Notes: generated from the sequence alone by a model not told the origin. A stretch of 63,143 nt of DNA, filler included, from Octopus bimaculoides (GCF_001194135.2; 3 parts of 3 records of this genome joined end to end with filler, not necessarily neighbours in it); one strand, 5' to 3'; shown: positions 24,751-39,649, counted from the whole stretch's first letter. Numbers and translations: made by a program.

Positions 24751-25893
24751 NNNNNNNNNNNNNNNNNNNNNNNNNNNNNNNNNNNNNNNNNNNNNNNNNN
24801 NNNNNNNNNNNNNNNNNNNNNNNNNNNNNNNNNNNNNNNNNNNNNNNNNNNNNNNNNNNNNNNNNNNNNNNNNNNNNNNNNNNNNNNNNNNNNNNNNNNN
24901 NNNNNNNNNNNNNNNNNNNNNNNNNNNNNNNNNNNNNNNNNNNNNNNNNNNNNNNNNNNNNNNNNNNNNNNNNNNNNNNNNNNNNNNNNNNNNNNNNNNN
25001 NNNNNNNNNNNNNNNNNNNNNNNNNNNNNNNNNNNNNNNNNNNNNNNNNNNNNNNNNNNNNNNNNNNNNNNNNNNNNNNNNNNNNNNNNNNNNNNNNNNN
25101 NNNNNNNNNNNNNNNNNNNNNNNNNNNNNNNNNNNNNNNNNNNNNNNNNNNNNNNNNNNNNNNNNNNNNNNNNNNNNNNNNNNNNNNNNNNNNNNNNNNN
25201 NNNNNNNNNNNNNNNNNNNNNNNNNNNNNNNNNNNNNNNNNNNNNNNNNNNNNNNNNNNNNNNNNNNNNNNNNNNNNNNNNNNNNNNNNNNNNNNNNNNN
25301 NNNNNNNNNNNNNNNNNNNNNNNNNNNNNNNNNNNNNNNNNNNNNNNNNNNNNNNNNNNNNNNNNNNNNNNNNNNNNNNNNNNNNNNNNNNNNNNNNNNN
25401 NNNNNNNNNNNNNNNNNNNNNNNNNNNNNNNNNNNNNNNNNNNNNNNNNNNNNNNNNNNNNNNNNNNNNNNNNNNNNNNNNNNNNNNNNNNNNNNNNNNN
25501 NNNNNNNNNNNNNNNNNNNNNNNNNNNNNNNNNNNNNNNNNNNNNNNNNNNNNNNNNNNNNNNNNNNNNNNNNNNNNNNNNNNNNNNNNNNNNNNNNNNN
25601 NNNNNNNNNNNNNNNNNNNNNNNNNNNNNNNNNNNNNNNNNNNNNNNNNNNNNNNNNNNTATATATATATATAAATTAAAGGTAGCTCAAAAACTACACT
25701 GTGGTTGATCTATTCGAGTATTACACATCTTTTAAGAATTGATCCTAGTACCTATACCAGAAAATGATATTTTTTAACAATGCTGGTTTTGTTTTCCGCT
25801 CTTTTTAACTTTCTTGCTCGTATTCTTACTAAATGTAGATGGTGACACACGCGCTGACTCTATTTCACTTCTTTTACTATTATTTGTTAACTA

Positions 25894-26113
25894 AAGGCGG
25901 TGGAATGGCAGAAGCGTTAGTGCGTCAGGCAAAATTCTTAGCGGCATTTCTTCTCAACTCCTTACGTCCTGAGTTCATCTACTGCTTAGGTCAACTTTGC
26001 CTTTCATTCCATCGGGATGAATAAAATAAAGTACTACTCGAGTACGGGTTCGATGTAACCAATTGCTTGTTCCTCGCAAATTTGCTGGACTTGTACCGAA
26101 ATTGGAAAAGGAA
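25894..26113 (+). mobile_element. SINE family B (diverged)
   Basis: AAGGCGGTGGAATGGCAGAAGCGTTAG...GGTCAACTTTGCCTTTCATTCC. Confidence 0.8.
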
Positions 26114-26330
26114 TAAATATTAGTCGACTAGTTAAACAGTTAACCAATTACTAGTTTGAATAATCGTTTGGTAAGTCAATCAATCATCGAAGTCCGTCAG
26201 AGTTCTTTCGATTTGAATTAAAGAGAGAGCATATTGTTGATGAGTTTGCATATAGCGATTAAAAGACACTCACCATTATTTATTCGCCGAAAGATTAGTT
26301 AAACAATCGATTAGTTAATCAACAAAATAT

Positions 26331-26489
26331 AGCCGTGGCTATGTTGTAAGAAGTTTGCTTCCCTACCACATGGTTTCCGGTCCATTCCCACTGCGTGACG
26401 CCTTGGGCAAATGTCTTCTGCTATAGCTTCAGGCCGACCAAAACCCTTGTGAGTGGATTTGATAGATGGAAGTTGAAAGAAGATCGTCG

Positions 26490-26520
<31 letters not shown>

Positions 26521-27040
26521 NNNNNNNNNNNNNNNNNNNNNNNNNNNNNNNNNNNNNNNNNNNNNNNNNNNNNNNNNNNNNNNNNNNNNNNNNNNNNNNN
26601 NNNNNNNNNNNNNNNNNNNNNNNNNNNNNNNNNNNNNNNNNNNNNNNNNNNNNNNNNNNNNNNNNNNNNNNNNNNNNNNNNNNNNNNNNNNNNNNNNNNN
26701 NNNNNNNNNNNNNNNNNNNNNNNNNNNNNNNNNNNNNNNNNNNNNNNNNNNNNNNNNNNNNNNNNNNNNNNNNNNNNNNNNNNNNNNNNNNNNNNNNNNN
26801 NNNNNNNNNNNNNNNNNNNNNNNNNNNNNNNNNNNNNNNNNNNNNNNNNNNNNNNNNNNNNNNNNNNNNNNNNNNNNNNNNNNNNNNNNNNNNNNNNNNN
26901 NNNNNNNNNNNNNNNNNNNNNNNNNNNNNNNNNNNNNNNNNNNNNNNNNNNNNNNNNNNNNNNNNNNNNNNNNNNNNNNNNNNNNNNNNNNNNNNNNNNN
27001 NNNNNNNNNNNNNATGACTGGAACAAGTTAAAGACCAAAA
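26331..27040 (+). mobile_element. SINE family A whose internal microsatellite spans a gap
   Basis: 5' module 26331-26491, then (TA)n, the N-run, and the tail ATGACTGGAACAAGTTAAAG at 27014-27033. Confidence 0.8.
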
Positions 27041-27579
27041 GAATAACTGATTAATAATAATAATAATTAAAGAAGTGAAACAGAATCACTGTATGTGTTT
27101 CTTATTCGCATAATGATCCTCTCATGTTACAACAAAATCTGTTTGAACACGATTTCACATCAAGAATTTTAGAATCAAGTATACAAAACGATTGAATTTA
27201 TTTATTAATTCCACTGGAGTGAGAATGAGATTAACCCCCCCCCCCCAGTAATAATGGGGTTTTAGCGGCAGCAAGTGGTGGCCTGTCTTGTTGGAGAGAT
27301 CGTGCTGGTTGCTGTGGATATTATAATTATAATAATTAAGGTAATACTATTAACTAAAATTATATTTCTTATAATGAAGTAGACAAATGAGATGCAAACG
27401 ATGGCTGCAGTAAGAATTACTACGATCGTAATGACAGTACTAATCTCCGTGGCAACTGCAGAAGAAATTTGCATAGAAAGAATATTTTCGTTTGTCTTGA
27501 CCTCAGTGTATATAATTTATTGTCCCTGAACAGATAAATTACAAAGATAACCTTATAGCATTGATAATTAGAACATACA

Positions 27580-27725
27580 CTTCGAATTCCGCCGAGTTCT
27601 ATTTTGCCTTTCGTCATTTCAGGGTCGATAAAATAAATACCACTTTGAGCAGTGAAGTCGATATAATTGACTTCCCCATCCCTTCATGTTAGCTGGCTTT
27701 GTGCCTATTGTAGAAAGTATAATTA
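27580..27725 (+). mobile_element. SINE family B (5'-truncated)
   Basis: TTCGAATTCCGCCGAG...TTTGCCTTTCGTC...GGGTCGATAAAATAATACC. Confidence 0.7.
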
Positions 27726-29245
27726 GATCTTACAAGTATCTAAGTACCGTATGTGCAGATATACTGACTGTGAAGTTTCTATAATGAATTTAAGTCAACG
27801 AAAGACTAACCTATCTTTGGATAAGATTCCCTGAAGTACCATATTCGGCAACGGTTTTGCTCAAAGTACCGTGTTCATTAATAGTACGCTTTAGAGTTCC
27901 ATATCTAGAAAGTTAACTACCTAATCCTCTGAAATAGTTGAATTGAATTAAAGCTTTCGGAATTAGTTCTCTTTTCAAAGAGATACGATATTAGGGTTTC
28001 TGATTTGTACACAATACCTGAGAATTTGAGGGTAGGAGAGGGGCTAGTTGTTTAGTCAATATCATCGTCTCTAGTACTTTACTGATACATTATTTTATCG
28101 ATCTTGTAAGAATTAAACGCAAAACAGCTCGCGATGGGATTTGAAATCTGAATGTGGAAAGCTTGAAGAAGGGATACAATATAATGTGTACAGTAGGTCT
28201 GAAATATTAACATGAAAAGCTGGGAAACCGAAATCTTGTACGTTTGATATTTTGCTTCCTTTCTATTCATCAATGTATATCAAACATTATGTTAGTACTG
28301 TGTTTTATTCTGTGTTACATTAAATTTCCGTTTCAAATCTTGGCACAAGGTCAGCAATTTCCGGGGATGGGGTAAGTCAATTACATCGACATCAGTGCCC
28401 AACTTGTAACTATTTTATCGATCCCGTAAGAATTAAGGCCAAAGTTGATCCCAGTGTGATTTGAAATCAGAATGTAAAGAGCCCGAATAAGGATACTATA
28501 TATCTGCTGCTGATCTGAAATATCAACAAGGAAAGCTGGGAAACCGTTATCGTGTACATCTAACATTTTGCTTCCTCTCTATGTATCTGTATGTCTGAAA
28601 TATTATATTAGTATTGTATTTTATTCTAACTGTGTTATATTAAATATAACAATGTTATTATCAAATGTAATCTTATTTTCAACGAAAATTCCTCCACTTC
28701 CCCATTGATTATCTGAATTCTGAAGTCTGCACCTGCAATATTATATTTCATATATTCTCAAACTTTAAGCAGACAAATATATAACTTTCCTTTCCATTCC
28801 GTAGAGCATAAAACTACTGCAGTCATTTCACAGCAATCAATTAATTCATAGAGTAATTATTCTAAATGAATACGAACATGAAACTCTTCAACATGACAGA
28901 AGAGATAATGATTAGAACTTTAAAACAAAACAAAAACGAAACAAACAAAAATAGTAAATATGAAAAACAAACAAACAAAAATACAAAAAAAAAAACAAGC
29001 ATGTCACAAAATGTGTTCAGAAAAAACACAAAGAAGCATTAGCACAAACTAAAATAAAAATAAATAAATATATATATATAGATAGATAACAAATATACAA
29101 ACAAAAGTCGATATTTAAATAATTATTAATTTATATGTCGCCAACTTTCTGTTTAACTTTCGTTATTTAACCATTATACATATATTTCTACATACATATA
29201 TTCACACACACACACACGCGCATACATACACACACACACACTCTC

Positions 29246-29319
<74 letters not shown>

Positions 29320-29857
29320 TATATACCGTTATGTATGTATATATGACTGAATGTATGCATATATGTATCGATGTATGTATGCATATACATTATTTTTTTT
29401 ATTTGTTATCTGTATATTATTGATTGTGGTTATGGTTGTTTATAAACGTTTATCTATAAAATTTTGCGAAGCTAGAAATTAAAATATAAATAATGAAAAT
29501 ATAATTCTACAGTCAATAATTTTGATTAAATCCAATGGGATAGTCTACAATCATATCAGTATTTTATAATTTCATTCTAAGTATTATAGCAACATTTTAT
29601 TATTTCAGCACAATTTATAGATAAAAACAAAATAGAACGAATCAAAATTCAAAATATAAAGATTGTTTAAAAGATTGACCAAATTCACAGCATCATTTGC
29701 TAAGAGGTTACCTCATCTTATTATGCCAGCTTAAACATTCAACACGTAATTTCTACATATTTTTTGTACAGCTTTAGTAATGGGGATTCTAAGTTCGACT
29801 CATTGCTATGGACTATTGTATTTGCTTAACTCTTGTTCTAATAGAACAGATTTATGA

Positions 29858-30515
29858 TGGTTTCAAATTTTGGTACAAATCTAGCAATTTTAGGAGTAGT
29901 GGCTAGTCGAATTCACTGATCCTAGTGTTCAACTGGTAATTTTCTTAACTTCGAAGAATGACAAGCAAAGTCGACCTCGCCTGAACTTTAAATCGGAAGC
30001 AATGCCGCTAAGCCTTTTTGTTAGTTTGCTAACTATTCCGTTAGCTCGCTGCCCTGAACATGTTTATAATAGTTTCAAACATTGGGACAATGCCAAAAGT
30101 TTTTGCGGAAGTGGTTAAGTCGATTATATCAACCCCGGTTGAACACAGCTGCTACTTATTTTAACGAGCCAGAAATAAATGAAAGGTAAAGTCGACCCCC
30201 GCGGCATTTGAACTCGAACGTAAAGTCGGGAGAAATGCTGCTAAGCATTTTGTTCGCCGCGGTATCGATTGTACCAGCTCGCCTCCTAATTGCATAATAA
30301 CATTGGTTTAAATTTTGGCACAAAGCCAGTAATTTCGGAGGAGGAAGTAAGTGGATTTCATCGACCCCAGTGCTCAACTACTACTTATTTTATCAATCCC
30401 ACAAGGATGACAGACAAAGTCGACCTCAGCGGAATTTGAACCCAAAACGTAAAGACGGCTGAAATGCCTTTATGCATTTTGCTGGGCGTGCTAACCATTC
30501 TGCAAACTTCCCGCT
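29858..30515 (-). mobile_element. Three tandem SINE family B copies (about 29858-30055, 30070-30290 and 30300-30515)
   Basis: AAAGTCGACC motif repeated at about 29968, 30188 and 30416, each with family B flanks. Confidence 0.85.
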
Positions 30516-30689
30516 TTTGAAGAGATTATATTGAAACACATTCAAACATGATAGTTCTCTTTCTTGTCCCAGCACTTGTACGCTCATAATAATATAATCG
30601 AATGGGACCTATCTAAAACAATAGTTTCAGCGACAATTACCTGCTACTTCTAGAAAATTGAGTGAGAACGCAGAGGCGTGTGTTTTCAT

Positions 30690-30895
30690 ATTTTACTTGT
30701 TTCAATCATTGGACTGTAGCTATATTTGGCCAACGCCTTCAAGGGTTTAGTCGTAGAAATCAACTCACTACCTATTTTGGGGGAAAATCTGGTATTTATT
30801 CGATCGGTTTCGTTTGCCGAACTGCTACGTTACAGGGACGTGAAAAGCCAACAATTGTCTAGTGGTCGATGGGAGACAAACACAATCACAAACAC
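30690..30895 (-). mobile_element. SINE family A, solo 3' module (diverged)
   Basis: TTTTACTTGTTTCAATCATTGGACTG...TTTGCCGAACTGCTACGTTACAGGGACG. Confidence 0.75.
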
Positions 30896-31099
30896 AGTTA
30901 CAAAAATATTTACACGTACAAACTCACACATATACAAATCCCCCCCCCCCCATACACACACATATAAGAAACAAGTTTAAAGTAATGCTCATTACATATT
31001 TTTCTTTTAGCGGAGCAAATTTGGCTCACAGCTGTTTCCAGAAGTCATTATAGGTACATTACAGACAGGTTTACTCAATTATTCTATTGATAAATTATA

Positions 31100-32004
31100 C
31101 AGGGTGCGTAAGGTATTTGAGGACATACCTTCTTTGAAACCATTATAAACCTTTTTGAGGTTATTGCTGCATTTTTTGCTAATTCTGTGTAATTTTTGTA
31201 TCAGAAAATAATAATGACAGACCCTCAGCTTACTCAAGAAATGAAGAGATAATGCTCATGCTGTTATTGTGGCTATAAAGGTTGAGTATAGAACTTTGAC
31301 AGGAGCTAGAGACTGGAGATGGAAACATATTACCAGTATCAAAACATAAAAAGCATTGTAAACACTCTGAAATCATTAGAACACCTGAATTTATCCAGCA
31401 AGTTCAACAGACCATTGATTACAATCCCAGAAATTCCATGAGGGTCATTGGCAAAAGATCTCCATGTGTAAAATGGAACAATCAGAAATGTGGTCCACGA
31501 AGACATCAGATATAATTCTTATATGATGAGCAAAGGTCAATTTATCAGAAAAAGCAAAATAAAATCACTACATCAGGTCTAAAAGGCTCTTAAACAAACT
31601 GAAGAATTCAGCAGAAGATTTGATTTGGTTTTTCTCAAAAGAGAAAAATTTCCCTAACATGACCCCTAACATTTGGCCTCCTAATTCCCCAGATCTCAAT
31701 CCAATGGACTATTACATGTGGAGCGTTTTTGAGAAAGAGGTCAATGAACATGGCTATAACACCAAAGATTCTTACAAAGTTGCCGTAGTCTGATTAATGT
31801 CCAAAATGAACCAGGACCACTTGATTCGAGCATGTAGATAATTGAGATCTCATATAGAAGCAGTTGTTGAAGCTAAAGGTGGCTTGATTGGATAACATTA
31901 TAGAAAAGAAGGTTTATTTTAATCCTCAGAGAATTTTTTGATAAGTAAAGCTATTATCTGTTATTATAATAAACATAAATCTGTCCTCAAATATCTTACG
32001 CACC

Positions 32005-32007
<3 letters not shown>
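31100..32007 (+). mobile_element. Internally deleted maT/DD37D-type transposon with about 27-bp TIRs
   Basis: TA|CAGGGTGCGTAAGGTATTTGAGGACA ... TGTCCTCAAATATCTTACGCACCCTG|TA; remnant IWPPNSPDLNPMDYYMWSVFEKEVNEHGYNTKD. Confidence 0.92.
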
Positions 32008-32038
<31 letters not shown>

Positions 32039-33071
32039 NNNNNNNNNNNNNNNNNNNNNNNNNNNNNNNNNNNNNNNNNNNNNNNNNNNNNNNNNNNNNN
32101 NNNNNNNNNNNNNNNNNNNNNNNNNNNNNNNNNNNNNNNNNNNNNNNNNNNNNNNNNNNNNNNNNNNNNNNNNNNNNNNNNNNNNNNNNNNNNNNNNNNN
32201 NNNNNNNNNNNNNNNNNNNNNNNNNNNNNNNNNNNNNNNNNNNNNNNNNNNNNNNNNNNNNNNNNNNNNNNNNNNNNNNNNNNNNNNNNNNNNNNNNNNN
32301 NNNNNNNNNNNNNNNNNNNNNNNNNNNNNNNNNNNNNNNNNNNNNNNNNNNNNNNNNNNNNNNNNNNNNNNNNNNNNNNNNNNNNNNNNNNNNNNNNNNN
32401 NNNNNNNNNNNNNNNNNNNNNNNNNNNNNNNNNNNNNNNNNNNNNNNNNNNNNNNNNNNNNNNNNNNNNNNNNNNNNNNNNNNNNNNNNNNNNNNNNNNN
32501 NNNNNNNNNNNNNNNNNNNNNNNNNNNNNNNNNNNNNNNNNNNNNNNNNNNNNNNNNNNNNNNNNNNNNNNNNNNNNNNNNNNNNNNNNNNNNNNNNNNN
32601 NNNNNNNNNNNNNNNNNNNNNNNNNNNNNNNNNNNNNNNNNNNNNNNNNNNNNNNNNNNNNNNNNNNNNNNNNNNNNNNNNNNNNNNNNNNNNNNNNNNN
32701 NNNNNNNNNNNNNNNNNNNNNNNNNNNNNNNNNNNNNNNNNNNNNNNNNNNNNNNNNNNNNNNNNNNNNNNNNNNNNNNNNNNNNNNNNNNNNNNNNNNN
32801 NNNNNNNNNNNNNNNNNNNNNNNNNNNNNNNNNNNNNNNNNNNNNNNNNNNNNNNNNNNNNNNNNNNNNNNNNNNNNNNNNNNNNNNNNNNNNNNNNNNN
32901 NNNNNNNNNNNNNNNNNNNNNNNNNNNNNNNNNNNNNNNNNNNNNNNNNNNNNNNNNNNNNNNNNNNNNNNNNNNNNNNNNNNNNNNNNNNNNNNNNNNN
33001 NNNNNNNNNNNNNNNNNNNNNNNNNNNNNNNNNNNNTATATATGTATATATATATGTATACATATACACAC

Positions 33072-33117
<46 letters not shown>

Positions 33118-33269
33118 GTATATATACATATATATACACACACACATATATATATATTGTATTGTTGGCACCATCTCCAAGTATAACAATACACACACAC
33201 ACACACACCTTTACTTATATATGTGCGTGTGTACGTGTGTATACGTATGTGTGTGCATATTTTTCTTTT

Positions 33270-33440
33270 TGTACTCCCATCGCTTGACAACCGGTGCTGG
33301 TTTGCTTTTGGCCTTATTACAGGTTTGGCAGAAGAGATCCTTAGAATAAGTATAAGACATCTAAAAATATGCGTACCGCAATTGATTTGCATGGTGCCTC
33401 AGCCTCGCTTCAGTCCAAAGAGCGACATACTTCAAGAATA
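33270..33440 (+). mobile_element. SINE family A 3' module (diverged)
   Basis: CATCGCTTGACAACCGGTGCTGGT...TTTGGCAGAAGAGATCC..AGAATAAGTA. Confidence 0.6.
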
Positions 33441-34091
33441 AAAGAAAATAAGAATATATGCTCGCACGCGTGTATATATGTGTGTACGTGCAAGTGTGAA
33501 TAAAACGAAGCTACACGTATCCTTAATGGGTTCTTTTCAATTTGTAACGCATTGTATTTGCAGCAGCTTGTCTCCAGCAGAGTAATTTTATTTTTTCATT
33601 GCAAGCAAGATTTATAGTCGGTTCAACTTGATAATCCGCAATGCTATACAAAGCATTTATCTCTCTGTTTCTTTCGCTTTCTCTCAGACCATTTCACACT
33701 GTTTCTTCGTCTGTCCCTCCGCTCTTTATCTTCTAATGTACGTACATAGATACACACGTACATTATATGAATATGTATAAAGGGAAATATTAAAGGAAAA
33801 AGATGCATGCAGTATTTGAGAACACGGCTTAATGTTTAACTAATACGTCTGATGTTTGACGATTCCAATGCATACATATATTTCGTCATTGAAGTATCAT
33901 ATTTGATGTGCTGCGAACATCATACGGACAGATACATATATTTTGAGGCTAAATGAGAATCTTATTAGCCTCACAACATACTATTGCATTAATTATATAT
34001 ATATATGTAAATATGTAAGTAAATCTCCTCCTCTCTCTCTCTTTCTCTCTATCTCTCTTTCTATCTCTCTCTCTTTCTCTCCCTCTCTCTT

Positions 34092-34122
<31 letters not shown>

Positions 34123-34153
34123 TTCTCTCTGTCTACTCCCCCCTCTCTCTCTC

Positions 34154-34202
<49 letters not shown>

Positions 34203-34575
34203 CTTTTATTCTTGTTTCAGTTATTTGACTGCGGCCATGCTGGAGCACCACCTTTAATCAAACAAATCGACCTCGGGACTTATTCTTTGTAAGCCTAGCA
34301 CTTATTCTATAGGTCTCTTTTGCTGAACCGCTAAGTTACGGGGATGTAAATACACCAATATCAGTTGTCAAGCGATGGTGGAAGGACAAACACAGAGGCA
34401 CAAATACACACGCACACATATATACGACGGGCTTCTTTCAGTTTCCACTCACAAGGCTTTGGTCGGCTCGAGGCTATAGTAGGAGACACTTGCCCAAGGT
34501 GCCACGCAGTGGGACTGCACCCAGAACCGTGTAGGTGGGAAGCAAGCTTCCTATCACACAGCCTCTATTGCGCTT
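34203..34575 (-). mobile_element. SINE family A, full length
   Basis: Reverse complement is colinear with 4812-5200. Confidence 0.92.
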
Positions 34576-34576
34576 A

Positions 34577-34612
<36 letters not shown>

Positions 34613-34663
34613 TGTACATATATATGTATGCATATATGTGTGTGTGTATACATACCCACACAA

Positions 34664-35594
<931 letters not shown>

Positions 35595-36170
35595 GAAATA
35601 TATTGTCTATTGACTTTAGTACGCATGCTCTCCACCAGTAGAAAGTTACTCTAATTTGTCTACACTTATTATTTACATGTATATATATGTACATATTATA
35701 TACACACACATATATATATACATATATACATATAAATACATATACATATATATATATATATATATATAGATATATATATAAATATATATATACATATATA
35801 TTCATGTATATATACATATATAGATACGTATATATAAATACATATATAGATACGTATATATAAATACGTATATATATATACGTAAATATATACATATATA
35901 TACATACATATATACATGCATATATATACACACACATATATATGTATACATTTAAATGTACATATATATACATATTTATATACACATATATGTACACATA
36001 TATATGCATATGTATATATACCTATACATGTACATATATGTATGCATATATATATATATATATATATATANNNNNNNNNNNNNNNNNNNNNNNNNNNNNN
36101 NNNNNNNNNNNNNNTTAATTAATTAANNNNNNNNNNNNNNNNNNNNNNNNNNNNNNNNNNNNNNNNNNNN

Positions 36171-36284
<114 letters not shown>

Positions 36285-36600
36285 CATACATATAAACACA
36301 CACACACATATATATATATATACACACATATACATATATCTATATATTCCTTCCCCTACATTTGGCTCCCTTTCTCCCCGTCTGCCTTTCCCCTTCTACT
36401 TCTCTTTTACCTTTTCGCTATTCATAATGAAGTTCTTTACCTTTGACTCAACATAAAAAAGAAATATTTACCGTTTCCAATATCCACTGCCATGATGATG
36501 TCCACTGCCATAATCGCTCTTTCCTTCAGTCTAGCTATTCCTAAGAGCTCTGCTACCAACACAGTGTGTCTTATGAATAAATACATTATAGAAATATATT

Positions 36601-37200
36601 TATAATGAAAGACACTCCACATCTGTATCGAACCTCGTCTGGAAACTCAAACGGAATGGAGTGGAACATACGACCAACTGGTTCATTATAAAACATGCTG
36701 CACCATATAACGGAACATCGTGGGTATGCCTAGAAGAAACCCTGAAAATCATCACACCCGGGGAAATCGTGATGAATAGGGCCCCTGGGATGGTCATATC
36801 AGGCAAACATAAAAACAAAGCATTATTTCTGGAATTTTAAAAAGAAAAATATTTTGAAATGAAATAAGAGATTATAGAAAAGCGAAGGAACCCAAAACGA
36901 ATAAACAGACCAACCAATATTTGAGATGCTGTACAAGATACCAGCAAAAACAATGAAGAGATGACCATAAGAAAAATAGCATTTATCAATTCAGTTGACA
37001 AACACCCACTGTATAGCAGCATCATAAAAATCCCGAGATTTTTATGATGAATACATATTTACTGATACAGAATTAAGTCTGGACTAAGCTGAGTCAAGAG
37101 GTCCCGACTGATGGAGCTACGGAATTAGCCGAAACTGACCGATCAGTAAAGGGAACTTTCGACTGGTGCTCTCGAGCGATCACAGTCCCTGTCAGTACAC
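36601..37200 (+). mobile_element. Penelope-like element 3' remnant: GIY-YIG-region C-terminus plus pseudo-LTR with hammerhead
   Basis: Open frame 36601-36840 TSVSNLVWKLKRNGVEHTTNWFIIKHAAPYNGTSWVCLEETLKII...MNR...KHKNKALF* resembles the PLE consensus T.LS.YIW.LK...W.I...A.PY....C.LCL.EK..I...LNKR.E...CRHKNK; hammerhead about 270 bp downstream. Confidence 0.7.
37096..37160 (+). ncRNA. Type I hammerhead fold with full stem III, core partly mutated
   Basis: TCCC-GA-CTGATGG(37108-37114)-A-GCTA-CGGAAT-TAGC-C-GAAA; stem III ACTGA-CCGA-TCAGT; GUA site at 37148; AA-GGGA closes stem I. Confidence 0.65.
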
Positions 37201-37568
37201 ATGTATACAGTTATGTGCTTTAACTACAGCATTAGAACATTTTAGCTCTTATTTCTAGCAATGTAGGTGTGTCTAACGCCCTAGTCATATTTAGTGACAA
37301 TTATAGTTTTCCTTTTTGGTAAAACATTGCACAATGCTGTCTATATTAATTTGTATATATATATATATTATATTATATTATATTATATTATATTATATTA
37401 TATATTATATTTATTATATTATATTATATTATATTTATTATATTATTATATTATATTTATCTTATGATATTTACTTTACTTTATATTATACTCATTTATT
37501 ATTAATTTTTCTATATGTGATAGTGGATTTTCATCGATGAGTTCTTGAAAATTGGTTATTTTCCCTAA

Positions 37569-37613
<45 letters not shown>

Positions 37614-38066
37614 TAAATATATGTGTACACACACACACTCTCTCTGTCACACACACGCACATATGTATATATATATATTTATAAACATATATGTACTTAT
37701 ATATAAATTCATATCTATCTAACTATATATATGTACATTTTTAATGTGTACATTGTACAATATTTACAATGCATTTTCATGTTTCATTTTGCGAGATCAC
37801 TACGTAAATTCATATGAAACACACAAAGTAGACCGTACAACAGTGAACAATGTGTTAGAAAGACACAAATGCTGAGTTAGATATTGAATATATCTCAAGC
37901 GTAAGTTTCTCATATTATTGTGTTACATGCTGGGAGGTCTGTCTGTGATTTTCTGAGCTTTGAAAAAAACTGAATTTTTAACATCGGAGGAAAGAAAAAC
38001 TTCCTGTCTCGCCATTAATGTGATACGGTTGTATAAACACATGGACATGGTGTCGATTTCAGCGGC

Positions 38067-38143
<77 letters not shown>

Positions 38144-38289
38144 TAGCAAGTCACAAAAGGCGGCAATATGACGTAATGGTTGTTTGCCCGAACAAGCATA
38201 ATTGTTGGTAATCCCATAGGTTAAAATTACTGTCCATATTTGAATACTAAAATTTCGTCAAAGAGAAAAAGCTAAGCGCATGAAACCCG

Positions 38290-38630
38290 TACTAAAACTG
38301 CTGCCTTAGAGAATCTGACTGATAAATGGCAAGAAAAACTTCTCAATGGCAAATACCCAAAGAGGGTGAATAATGCCGATGCTGACAAAGCCCTTACCCA
38401 TCAATGGCCAATGGCTTCTGGCTTAAAATCTGAAACAGAAGGGTTTATCATAGCAGCCCAAGATCAATACCTACCTACAAGGAACTACCAGGCCAACGCA
38501 TTAAAGAACGGCAGCTTCCCAATATGCCGTGTATGTCAACAACAAAATGAAACCATTGATCATGTTGTCTCCATGTGCAGTCTTCTTGCGCCTACAGAGT
38601 ATCTCAACAAGCATGGACCTGCCCCATGAT
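38290..38630 (+). mobile_element. R4/Dong-like LINE fragment (post-RT CCHC region)
   Basis: DKWQEKLLNGKYP...SGLKSETEGFIIAAQDQYLPTRNYQ...CRVCQQQNETIDHVVSMC. Confidence 0.9.
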
Positions 38631-38637
38631 AAAAACT

Positions 38638-39018
38638 GATGCATTGTGTAGAATATATTGTATAAAGGATCGTGGATAAGGCCAAAACGATGCAAAGTAA
38701 ATGCAAAGAAAATCAGAAGAAAACAAATATGTGAATTAATGTAGACTTACCTTGTATTCAATATTTCGGGGTTATGAACCCATTTACAAGAAATTGACCT
38801 ATGTTGCCGATGTGCGTGTGCGTATGTGTTAGCGTGCACACACAGACACGCACATAGGTCAATTTCTTGTAAATGGGTTCATAACCCCGAAATATTAAAT
38901 ACAAGGTAAGTCTACATTAATTCACATATTTGTTTTCTTCTGATTTTCTTTGCATTTACTTCGCATTGTTTTGGCCTTACCCACCATCCTTTATACAATA
39001 CATTCTACACAATGCATC
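38638..39018. mobile_element. Young fold-back/MITE: 167-bp inverted arms with a 47-bp TG/CA-rich spacer
   Basis: 38638-38804 versus 38852-39018 are near-identical reverse complements with only a few substitutions. Confidence 0.92.
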
Positions 39019-39031
39019 ACAGTAATTATTC

Positions 39032-39119
<88 letters not shown>

Positions 39120-39649
39120 TTGTATATAGATATGTACACATAGCGAGGTGGAATGATAGATATACAGGAATAGAGAGGGGGTTCATAGATAAAATACAAG
39201 CAGATGTATTCAATTGGGACGTTGGTAGATATTCATATATGTATATAGATAGATAGATAGATAACTAGAGAGGGGGAGAGGAGAGAGAGAGGAGCGCATA
39301 TAGATTTAGATAGAGCCGGAGAAACAGTCGACCAGGTATCCAGGTATCCAGGCAAGCAGTCAGCCAGGCCGACAGACTGACAAACAGAGACAGATAGATA
39401 CATTGAAATGGGTACATTGATTGATATAAATAGATAGTGGAGAGGAGAGAAAGAGAGACTGCATGCAGATTTAGACAGGAAGCCAGCGACACTATCAGTT
39501 AACTCACCAGCCAGCCAGCCAGACTGAAAGCCAGACACAATGATAGAAAGCGAGGTGAAATAGTGGTTGTTTTAAACAATTAGTGTCAAAGGAAGGACAG
39601 GAAATGAAGAGTATTTTTACGAATTTACTTTAATCAGTAATTCGAAAAT

